Positions 56,731 to 64,000 of a DNA stretch of 64,000 nt are shown one piece after another. The notes under the pieces were generated by a model, which saw nothing but the letters and a program-made list of their open reading frames with translations, ran no database searches and was not told the origin of the DNA. The stretch's first letter is position 1. Each line of letters starts with the position of its first letter. Position numbers and translations under genes: made by a program. Origin of the DNA: Candidatus Methanomethylicia archaeon (GTDB lineage: Archaea > Thermoproteota > Methanomethylicia > Nezhaarchaeales > B40-G2); NCBI GenBank assembly GCA_029259155.1, contig JAPDJI010000014.1, positions 30,280 to 94,279 on the forward strand. Direction: 5' to 3'.

Positions 56731-57573
56731 CTAGGAAGGTCGCTGCTTCTCTAACATGTTCTCTAGCTTCTCTACTATGGACATGAACGCTTTCGCCACA
56801 GGGGTGTCTGTATGTTCGACTATGAAGGGCATTCCCTTATCAGAAGCTTCACAAACTCTAGGGTCTAGCGGAACCTTACCTAAGAATGGAACCCCCATTT
56901 CCCTCGAGATTCTCTCTCCACCTCCTGAGCTGAAGATATCGACGTAGTGGCCGCAGTTAGGACATACAAACCCGCTCATGTTCTCGACTATGCCTAGCAC
57001 CCTTGTCTGTAAGTTACGGGTAAAGGTGACTGCTTTTTTCACCACGAGTTGGGATAGGTCTGAGGGTATTGTGACTATTACTGCGCCATCCACACCGGGT
57101 ATTGCTTGGAACACTGTGAGTGCTTCATCACCTGTGCCTGGAGGAAGGTCGATAAGCAGGTATTCAAGATTGCCCCAAACAATCTCTGCGAGGAACTGTT
57201 TAATGGCCATAGATTTCATGGGGCCCCTCCAAATAACAGGTGTCTCGTCGCTTGGGAGGAGGAAGTCCATGGAAACTACCTTCACCCCAAGCGGGCCCAT
57301 TACTGGGAAGATCCCTGGAGGACCGCCCGTAAGACCTTGTCCTCTTACGCCTAATATCTTTGGTATGCTGGGACCTGTGATGTCAGCATCTAGTATGCCC
57401 ACTAAATTAGGCCTACCCTTCCAAGCGAGCGCCACCGCTAAATTAGCAGCTACAGTACTCTTACCTACACCGCCCTTACCGCTCAGTATAACCACTTTAT
57501 GTTTTACTTTAGACATCCAGGCCCTTATCTTCTCATCCAACTCTTGAAGCCTTGACTTTGCCTCTCCACTCAT
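56731..57573 (-). CDS. apbC: Mrp/ApbC/Nbp35 Fe-S cluster carrier ATPase
   Basis: GKGGVGKS, WRGPM, DLPPGTGD, ENMS..CPNC. Confidence 0.93.
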   Translation of the reverse strand: MSGEAKSRLQELDEKIRAWMSKVKHKVVILSGKGGVGKSTVAANLAVALAWKGRPNLVGILDADITGPSIPKILGVRGQGLTGGPPGIFPVMGPLGVKVVSMDFLLPSDETPVIWRGPMKSMAIKQFLAEIVWGNLEYLLIDLPPGTGDEALTVFQAIPGVDGAVIVTIPSDLSQLVVKKAVTFTRNLQTRVLGIVENMSGFVCPNCGHYVDIFSSGGGERISREMGVPFLGKVPLDPRVCEASDKGMPFIVEHTDTPVAKAFMSIVEKLENMLEKQRPS

Positions 57574-57591
57574 CGAAATCCTCCCTCAGAG

Positions 57592-57611
57592 TTTTGTGCA
57601 AAGGCACAAAA
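57592..57611. promoter_or_regulatory. Variant operator TTTTGTGC-AAAG-GCACAAAA upstream of apbC
   Basis: Inverted repeat 7 nt downstream of minus-strand TTTATA. Confidence 0.7.
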
Positions 57612-57638
57612 TCCTCGATATAAAGCTTCCGTGAAGCT

Positions 57639-57818
57639 CTACGTCTTCTCCAACCTTAAGATCTCCTTCTCCACGTCTACCTCTGTGATCCTACAGTTTT
57701 CCAGAACCTTCTCTTCGCCCAGCACTGTCCTGAGGAGAACTCTACCAGTTTTCTCCACTGCGTAGATTACATCGCTAAATACTTGTTCCCCGCTCAAGAA
57801 AACCTTAAATTCACACAC
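57639..57818 (-). CDS. cooT: CooT-family nickel-binding protein (59 aa); not in ORF track
   Basis: MCEFKVFLSGEQVFSDV...LRTVLGE...ITEVD; Cys2; SD GAGGGG. Confidence 0.82.
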   Translation of the reverse strand: MCEFKVFLSGEQVFSDVIYAVEKTGRVLLRTVLGEEKVLENCRITEVDVEKEILRLEKT

Positions 57819-57976
57819 GGAAATCCCCTCCTTAAAGAGGACAACCTACCCTTAAACCTTTTTGATAGCCCTTCTCCTCTGCTAAGCAGGGGTGATGCAG
57901 CTTAGAGATAGAGTTTCAGGTAGGAGGGAGTGTTAAGATCTTCCAGCTGCTGAGAGATCCTTACCCTCACATATTA

Positions 57977-59152
57977 GTGCCTACGCGTAAGAAGGTGGTT
58001 CACGGCTGGTTCTATGGATATAAAGATAGGGGGAGACGGGAATGTTCTGCTGAGCGTATCTTATTGAACCCTTACAACGGCTGCTCCGTGAACTGTCCTA
58101 TGTGTTATGCTAGAGGTTTCAAAGGATACTTCGACCTCTGGAACCAGAAGGGCATAGTCACGGTGTTTCAAGGCTTCGACGTGAAGTGTGCAGAAGAGCT
58201 CGACCAGCTCTACGTAGCCTCCTGCGGCTACCTAAGCCCAATAACGGAGCCTTTCCAATACCCCCTCGAAAATAAGTATGGTCTGAGTGAACGTACGGCT
58301 TACGTGTTTCTTGACCGAGGCCTCCCCGTGGAGTTTATCACTAAGATGGGAAGTAACGTGCCTAGTAGACTGCTCACCCGCATGGCTGAGAACCCTCACA
58401 GCTTTGCTCAATTTACCATTCTCTCAGCGGACGATGAGGTTAGGAAGGTCTTCTCCCCAGGAGGATCCACAGTAGAGGAGCAGTTTAAGGCTGTGCGTAG
58501 AGCAGCTGACCGTGGCCTCTACGTGGTAGTTAGGATGGACCCTATGTTCCCCGGCATAACGGATGACCGTAGGTCCATAGAGGAAGTAGTATCTAGAGCA
58601 GTGAAAGAAGGAGCTAGGCACATGATTTTCAGTATTTGCGACTTGGCAGACGCTTGGTTTAAGAGGACATTGAACGAAGTCAAGGAACACTTCCCCTCTG
58701 CTTTAAAGCTATGGAGAGAGGTGTACAGAGAGAGACGCGGAGACCGGTTAGAGGCCAACGTGAAGTACAGGAGGAAGGTGTTTGAAACAGCAAAGGAAGT
58801 ATGTACGTCTCACGGGGTCACCATGGCCCTCTGCATGGAGTTCGAGGAGACGCGAAGGGGGAAGAAAATTTGGTATCGGGGCCTCAATGAAGACTACATG
58901 ACCTCTTCCTGCTGCGAAGGAATGGAAACCCCAATTTATTATAGGAAATCTCTTAGCGAGCATTTCAAGCCTCTTAATGGATGTAACGGCAACTGTTTAG
59001 CTTGCGCTAAGAGGATTCAAACTCCCGTCTGCGGTTTATCTCTGCTAGCTAAAGCAGAGGCCCTTAAATTCAAAGATTATAAATCACTCAAATTACCTGA
59101 ATCTTCAAGCTTAGAGAGGTGGACACCTCGAAAATATGAAAATACAGCGTGA
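57977..59152 (+). CDS. Radical SAM protein, spore-photoproduct-lyase-like (true start may be about 57902-57908)
   Basis: LNPYNGCSVNCPMCYA, TEPFQ, ITK, RMDP; C-terminal Cys cluster. Confidence 0.8.
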   Translation: MPTRKKVVHGWFYGYKDRGRRECSAERILLNPYNGCSVNCPMCYARGFKGYFDLWNQKGIVTVFQGFDVKCAEELDQLYVASCGYLSPITEPFQYPLENKYGLSERTAYVFLDRGLPVEFITKMGSNVPSRLLTRMAENPHSFAQFTILSADDEVRKVFSPGGSTVEEQFKAVRRAADRGLYVVVRMDPMFPGITDDRRSIEEVVSRAVKEGARHMIFSICDLADAWFKRTLNEVKEHFPSALKLWREVYRERRGDRLEANVKYRRKVFETAKEVCTSHGVTMALCMEFEETRRGKKIWYRGLNEDYMTSSCCEGMETPIYYRKSLSEHFKPLNGCNGNCLACAKRIQTPVCGLSLLAKAEALKFKDYKSLKLPESSSLERWTPRKYENTA

Positions 59153-59163
59153 AACAAGTGGTC

Positions 59164-60351
59164 TCAGGGATTTTTTGCTAAGGTTTCCTGCATCTTGAAG
59201 GCGCTATAGAGTCCTCCTATAGCTGAGAGCCCAGCTGCTATGAACATGTAGTTTCTGAGGCCTACGAAACTCACGGTGGCTGCTGCAAGGCTTGAACCAA
59301 TTATCCATGATAAACCGGTAACCGTGAAGAGAAGGCTCATCATAGCCCCATGAGCATCCTCGGGAGACTCGTCGCCTATGTAGGAGGTGGAGGCGGTTAT
59401 GAGGGAACACCATGAAAGTCCTAGTAGTATGTGGATGGGTATGATCCATAAATGGTTTTGGGCCAAGCCATAAAACATAAACACTAACGAAGAGCCGAAG
59501 AGACCGATAAGGAAAACAGGTTTTCTCCCGGCTTTATCGGTTAGGTTCCCGACACACCCCATTAAGGCTGTCTGCGAGGCTAGGTTTACCATGTATAGTA
59601 GGCCTACCCATAGATCTGAGGCCCCTAGACTGGCTAGGTAAATGGGTAGCAAAGCCCAGATTCCTGTGGCGCCTATGTTACGGAGAGCGAAGCCTACATA
59701 CACAACCTTAACCTTCCTTAACTCAACCTTCCCCTTGATTCTTCTGGGTTCAGGGGTTTTCCATCCTCTTAGCCCCAACGCCATGAAGGCGGCGAGGATC
59801 GCTGAAACGCCTCCTAATAGGAAAACAGCTTCTAGGCCGTAGAGCTCTGAGACTGCTCCTCCAACTATGGAGCCAGCTAAGTAGCCTGAAGATACGCTTA
59901 GATTGAAAACCCCCATGGCCCTACCTCTTAGGGCTTTCGTGGTGCTCATGGAAGCCATGGCTGCTCCCATTGGTGCGACCAACGCCCAGGAGACACCCTG
60001 CGCTGCTCTAAGCATCATTAGCTGCTCTATGCGTCCTACTGTTGGTATTAACATGCAAGTGATGCCTGTGGCCGCTGCACCTATGGCTGTAAAAGCAAAG
60101 TACGTCCCTATTCTATCCGAGAGCCTCCCGTAGAGTGGGAGGCTAGCTGTGAAAGCTAGGTAGTAAGCGGTGGTGAGCAGGCTGATTAAGGATAAGCTAT
60201 CCGTTAATTTTAGGGCGTAGAGAGGGATAAAGACGATGGCCATGTAGGTGGCTAAGGAGGTGAAGAAGAAGGTGGTGAAAAAAAGCGCAGCTCTCTTGCG
60301 GCCTTCCCCTAAGGCTTCGAGGGGGAGTAAGTGAGCTAGTGTACTGGTCAA
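59164..60351 (-). CDS. MFS transporter
   Basis: GRLSDRIG, RGRAMG, DKAGRK; TTG 60351 after GGAGG. Confidence 0.85.
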   Translation of the reverse strand: MTSTLAHLLPLEALGEGRKRAALFFTTFFFTSLATYMAIVFIPLYALKLTDSLSLISLLTTAYYLAFTASLPLYGRLSDRIGTYFAFTAIGAAATGITCMLIPTVGRIEQLMMLRAAQGVSWALVAPMGAAMASMSTTKALRGRAMGVFNLSVSSGYLAGSIVGGAVSELYGLEAVFLLGGVSAILAAFMALGLRGWKTPEPRRIKGKVELRKVKVVYVGFALRNIGATGIWALLPIYLASLGASDLWVGLLYMVNLASQTALMGCVGNLTDKAGRKPVFLIGLFGSSLVFMFYGLAQNHLWIIPIHILLGLSWCSLITASTSYIGDESPEDAHGAMMSLLFTVTGLSWIIGSSLAAATVSFVGLRNYMFIAAGLSAIGGLYSAFKMQETLAKNP

Positions 60352-60376
60352 AAAATGGCCTCCATAAAAAGGAGGC
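60350..60376 (-). terminator. Hairpin plus U-tract after cdhE
   Basis: GCCTCC-TTTTTAT-GGAGGC followed by CATTTTTT. Confidence 0.5.
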
Positions 60377-60385
60377 GGGAGAGTT

Positions 60386-61804
60386 TTACTCGAACTTAAC
60401 TTCCTTGCTCCACACTTTCTCGATGAAGTCAGGGATGCCGGAAGATTCCTTAGGGCCAACGAACACCTTCCATCCCTGTAGTAGGTCCTCGAGCTCGCCG
60501 CTTATCCTTGCAGCCTTGCCGGGTATGATAATGGTCCTATGCTTAACCTTATTCTCTATGCCAGCCTCCTTTAACGCCTCAACCACTTTATCAGCCGTAA
60601 ACCTCCTACCGGCTACTGATGACTCTACGCTTATGCCCTCCGTGTCCACGCATATTAAGTAGCCTTTACCGCTCTTCTCCACGTCGCCCCTAACTAAGAA
60701 GTATGTTAAGGCTGAGTTCCCGGTTACAAAGATAGGTGCTTTTTCATCTACTAGGCCTATCTCGTAGAGCCCTGCCTTCACCGATAACGGTACTCGTGGA
60801 TCAGTGTAAACGTTCTGTCTCCAGACCAAGATTGGTAGGAGGGCCCAGATATCGATGGTATGCATGACTAAGAGGTCAGCGAACCTTGTTATCAAGGCGT
60901 TGGCTACATAACATTCTTTCATCTCAGTGGCCACTTCGTCTCCTTCAAGTGATAGCCATACCGCTGCTGGTACGCCCATGAGCGGGTAGCCTACGTCCTT
61001 ATCCTCCTTCTCTATGGCTTCCCTTCTAAGCATTGTGAACATGTTTATGGTCTCGGCGAAGGAATCCCCCTCAACGAAGGTGCCAGGGTCTAGGATCAGG
61101 TCATCTAGCCCAGCTTTTCTAGCGGTAGCTGCTAGCGACTTAAGCAAGGAAAGGTCTCCCGGTGCCGATAAGGCTAATGGACAATTATACTTAGAAGCCA
61201 GCTTTATCATCTCAGACCAGTTATCCTTGGTGGCGGCGTAGATCAACGGTTTCTTGGAGCCTGCGACTATTAGCGCCTCCTCCATGACGTTGGGGTCATA
61301 CGAGCATAATATTAAAGGCAGGTTACTAACCTCGGTTATCTTCGCCACTCTCTTAGCAAACTTTTCAGGGCTGCCTGATACGCACCGCACAGCAATGCCA
61401 TTAAGCTTAAGCTTGACGCCTATACGTTCAAACTCGAAGTCCTCAACATACTTAACTTTCTTAATGACCTCATCTTCGGGCATTTCATCATCCACGTCGA
61501 AGAAGAGCGCGGTCGGCCTATACCAGGTCAGCTCATGTCTATATACGCAAACCTTACCGCCCACGGTTATAGCGCGATCGCCCACCCCTATGGTAACCTC
61601 CTTTACTGGCGGTCGGAGGACCTCCAATAGCTTCTCTAGCTTAGCCTTATACTCGGGCTTAAAGAGAGGCTTGCAGTCCTCTATGCTTTTTTGCCTCTCG
61701 ATGAGCTTGGCAGCGAAGGCCATACAGTTTACTTCGCCACACTCTCCACAGTTGGTTCCAGGTAGGTGTCGGTAGACGTCTAAGGGTCTTAGAAGCTTAG
61801 GCAT
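60386..61804 (-). CDS. cdhE: ACDS gamma subunit (corrinoid Fe-S protein, large subunit)
   Basis: LPGTNCGECGEVNCMAFA, RQNVYTDP, VGPKESS. Confidence 0.95.
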   Translation of the reverse strand: MPKLLRPLDVYRHLPGTNCGECGEVNCMAFAAKLIERQKSIEDCKPLFKPEYKAKLEKLLEVLRPPVKEVTIGVGDRAITVGGKVCVYRHELTWYRPTALFFDVDDEMPEDEVIKKVKYVEDFEFERIGVKLKLNGIAVRCVSGSPEKFAKRVAKITEVSNLPLILCSYDPNVMEEALIVAGSKKPLIYAATKDNWSEMIKLASKYNCPLALSAPGDLSLLKSLAATARKAGLDDLILDPGTFVEGDSFAETINMFTMLRREAIEKEDKDVGYPLMGVPAAVWLSLEGDEVATEMKECYVANALITRFADLLVMHTIDIWALLPILVWRQNVYTDPRVPLSVKAGLYEIGLVDEKAPIFVTGNSALTYFLVRGDVEKSGKGYLICVDTEGISVESSVAGRRFTADKVVEALKEAGIENKVKHRTIIIPGKAARISGELEDLLQGWKVFVGPKESSGIPDFIEKVWSKEVKFE

Positions 61805-61815
61805 GAAGCCACCTC

Positions 61816-63117
61816 CTATAGCTTAGCCGAAGCCCATTTCTCGTAGGCTATCTCCTTCAATTCTTTCTCTACCTTGGGCTTCGCTAGTACCTCAGCTATC
61901 TTCCTCAGCGTCATGGCCGCGAGCGGGTGGAGCATCATAAATAGATCGGCGCCCGCAAGCATGTTAACTAACCCTGTGGTTATCTCCCATAGTGGTCCAC
62001 GGTACTCTCTAGGACCCCACTCAGCCATCTCCATCCACGCCTCCCTAGCAGCCCAAGCATTGGTGGCGGCGCAGGAGATAGGGACCTGCATGGTCTCCTC
62101 GCCCATTAGGCCAGCGAGCCTCATTCGCTCCATGACGCTGAACGTGTACTCAATGCCGTAGCCCAGCCCGCCCGTCGAGGGGTCGGTTATGATGTGGTCC
62201 TTGGGCACCCCTGCCTCCATCACCTTCCTATTGAGCTCCTTGACTTGGTTGATGTCAAGGAACGCTAGGGCCAGCACGTTGTGCCCGTGCTTGTAGATGG
62301 CTCGAGCCGCCCTCTCGACGTCCATGTCTATGGTCACCGAGGCCATGACCAACCTCTCGCCAGGAGTTGCTTCAGCCACCTTCTCGAACACGACTAAGTC
62401 CTTCTCGGGGTTCCCTGAGCCGCCGACGATGACCGGTATGTCGACCTGGTCCAGTATCTTCTTAACGAACTTAGCGGCCTCCTCAGCGGGTCGGTTCTCG
62501 AGGGCTGGATCGGTGCTAATGAGGTGGAGAGTGACGAGGTCTGCCTTGAACTCCTCGACGCACTTATTGACCCAGGCTACGTGGTCCTTGAACACGTCTC
62601 GGTAGTAGCTCTTAATGGTCTTGGGGAGCGGGGGCAGGGTGTCGAACACGTCTAGGGCCACGACGGGCCTATTGGGTGGGACGGCCTCGAAGCGATAGAA
62701 GGGCGGGCACTTCTCACCGCCTATCTTAATCACCTTCTTCCTCGTCCCGCCCTCTGAGCTCGTAGCTCCTATCTGAACCTCTGCTATGCTGCCCGGGTAG
62801 CTGAACACCGGTGGCTCGAAGGCTGTCTTCACCAGCTCAGGTACAGGCACGGTAGGTGCAGGTGGAGTTGGCGGAGCTAAGGGGGCAGAAGGCGGTGCCG
62901 CAGGTATTCCTAAGGCCTGCCTGAGCAGTTTAACTGCCTCCTCGAGGTATGCGTGAGCTTGATGTACTGATGGAGGTACAGCCTGCGCTGCCTGAGGAAC
63001 TAAATGTAAAACAAGTTCCTCAGCTAGTATCTCGACGTCCCTAAGCTCAAGCTCCTTCGCTTCGTCTAGAGCATCTAAAAAAGACTTAACCTCTTTAGGA
63101 TACTTTTCCTTAGCCAC
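61816..63117 (-). CDS. cdhD: ACDS delta subunit (corrinoid Fe-S protein, small subunit)
   Basis: GGSGNPEKD, LGYGIEY, NAWAAREAW, RGPLWE, MLHP; GTG 63117. Confidence 0.95.
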   Translation of the reverse strand: MAKEKYPKEVKSFLDALDEAKELELRDVEILAEELVLHLVPQAAQAVPPSVHQAHAYLEEAVKLLRQALGIPAAPPSAPLAPPTPPAPTVPVPELVKTAFEPPVFSYPGSIAEVQIGATSSEGGTRKKVIKIGGEKCPPFYRFEAVPPNRPVVALDVFDTLPPLPKTIKSYYRDVFKDHVAWVNKCVEEFKADLVTLHLISTDPALENRPAEEAAKFVKKILDQVDIPVIVGGSGNPEKDLVVFEKVAEATPGERLVMASVTIDMDVERAARAIYKHGHNVLALAFLDINQVKELNRKVMEAGVPKDHIITDPSTGGLGYGIEYTFSVMERMRLAGLMGEETMQVPISCAATNAWAAREAWMEMAEWGPREYRGPLWEITTGLVNMLAGADLFMMLHPLAAMTLRKIAEVLAKPKVEKELKEIAYEKWASAKL

Positions 63118-63253
63118 CCTTACCACCTTGCTTAGTTGGTGAAGGCAACTCTAGGACTAAGAGATCCGCTTCCAGCTCCACGTTCTCCAGCTCAACCTCC
63201 TTAGCTTTATCAAGTAAAAGTAAAAGCTCTTCTAGTTTAAGTTCCTCAGCCAT
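63110..63253 (-). CDS. 47-aa protein resembling the CdhD N-terminal motif; not in ORF track
   Basis: ATG after GGGAGAG; MAEELKLEELLLLLDKAKEVELENVELEADLLVLELPSPTKQGGKGG; GTGGCTAA overlap with cdhD start. Confidence 0.75.
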   Translation of the reverse strand: MAEELKLEELLLLLDKAKEVELENVELEADLLVLELPSPTKQGGKGG

Positions 63254-63273
63254 TCTCTCTCCCACAGCGCTTT

Positions 63274-64000
63274 TCACTGCTTCTTGATCACTATCTTATC
63301 GATGCGTATCTTTGCTCCTTTAAGCTCTACCCTCAAGCCTCCCACGGCAGGGATGGTTATTGCTCCTGGTGCTGTAGGCGCAGGCATGAAGGGCATGGGC
63401 GAAGCAGCCTGGACGGGAGCAGCTGTGGGAGCTGCAGCTTCAGGGGCTGCAGCCTCGGCTGGAGCGGCAGCTGCTACTTCCGGAGCCTCCATTTCCTTGA
63501 TCCTAACAGCTAATGGATGCTCTCTCTCGACGAGGAATTTCTTCAGCGATTCTATGTCGCGGGCTTCATTCTCAGTAGCTATTTTGTCTTTCAACTCCTC
63601 AGGTATGGCGTCCTCAATTCTCTTCCAAAGTGTGGAGCAGATCCAAACTATCCTTCCCCAACCGCCATCGGCTTGGAAGAACTTAGGAGACCTGAAGTAC
63701 TCCATCCCAACGCCCAGGAATCCCTCGGTCTGGATGCCTCCGCCGGTCTGGGCAGCCATCGTGGAGAACGGCAAGCCATTAACGGTGGGTTCCTTGAACC
63801 CCCTATCGACCACGCCGAAGCCATCCACCTCTGGAATGTAGAAGGCAATACACTCGAAGCAGCCACACGAAGTATGCGGGCATCCAAAGGCGCTATACAG
63901 GAAGAACCTCTTATTTGCACCCAGCGAACGCTCCTCTACCACCTTGTTTACTCCTTCGTACTCGCCTTTAATAGGGTCTATGAGCTTCCCTTTAGGTATG
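63274..64000 (-). CDS. cdhC: ACDS beta subunit (acetyl-CoA synthase), 3' part; starts beyond window end
   Basis: PHTSCGCFE A-cluster ligands, FFQADGG, Ala/Pro linker, C-terminal LKGAKIRIDKIVIKK. Confidence 0.93.
   Translation of the reverse strand, partial: IPKGKLIDPIKGEYEGVNKVVEERSLGANKRFFLYSAFGCPHTSCGCFECIAFYIPEVDGFGVVDRGFKEPTVNGLPFSTMAAQTGGGIQTEGFLGVGMEYFRSPKFFQADGGWGRIVWICSTLWKRIEDAIPEELKDKIATENEARDIESLKKFLVEREHPLAVRIKEMEAPEVAAAAPAEAAAPEAAAPTAAPVQAASPMPFMPAPTAPGAITIPAVGGLRVELKGAKIRIDKIVIKKQ

Overview
A gene-dense 64-kb chromosomal segment from an anaerobic, probably thermophilic archaeon. Archaeal TATA and GGTGA Shine-Dalgarno signals are present and TTG starts are very frequent. Placement in Thermoproteota/TACK is inferred, not proven. 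In order it contains: a lipoyl-protein cluster (FAD disulfide/NADH oxidoreductase, GcvH-like carrier, HdrD-like Fe-S protein, LipS2, OsmC, LplAB); hypEF and hypCD; a class II RNR; CooC; a B12 radical SAM enzyme; a 7.0-kb island (split CobN, ChlI/D, Gate-domain membrane protein) flanked by a perfect 145-bp direct repeat; an ABC-2 exporter; sugar-nucleotide genes; methanopterin genes; a membrane-anchored HTH regulator with phased 11-bp repeats; dtxR-feoAAB; a DUF134/NifX/MinD-FeS/Mrp locus with a recurring GTGCATATGCAC palindrome and three very Trp/Pro/Gly-rich small proteins; a WWDYG (AglB-like) pseudogene; and the end of the ACDS operon (cdhC, a small ORF, cdhD, cdhE). By eye I also found several ORFs missing from the ORF track, 2-3 box C/D sRNA candidates and several non-canonical start codons. 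No rRNA, tRNA, CRISPR array, transposase or integrase was seen. All calls come from manual reading; no database searches were run.
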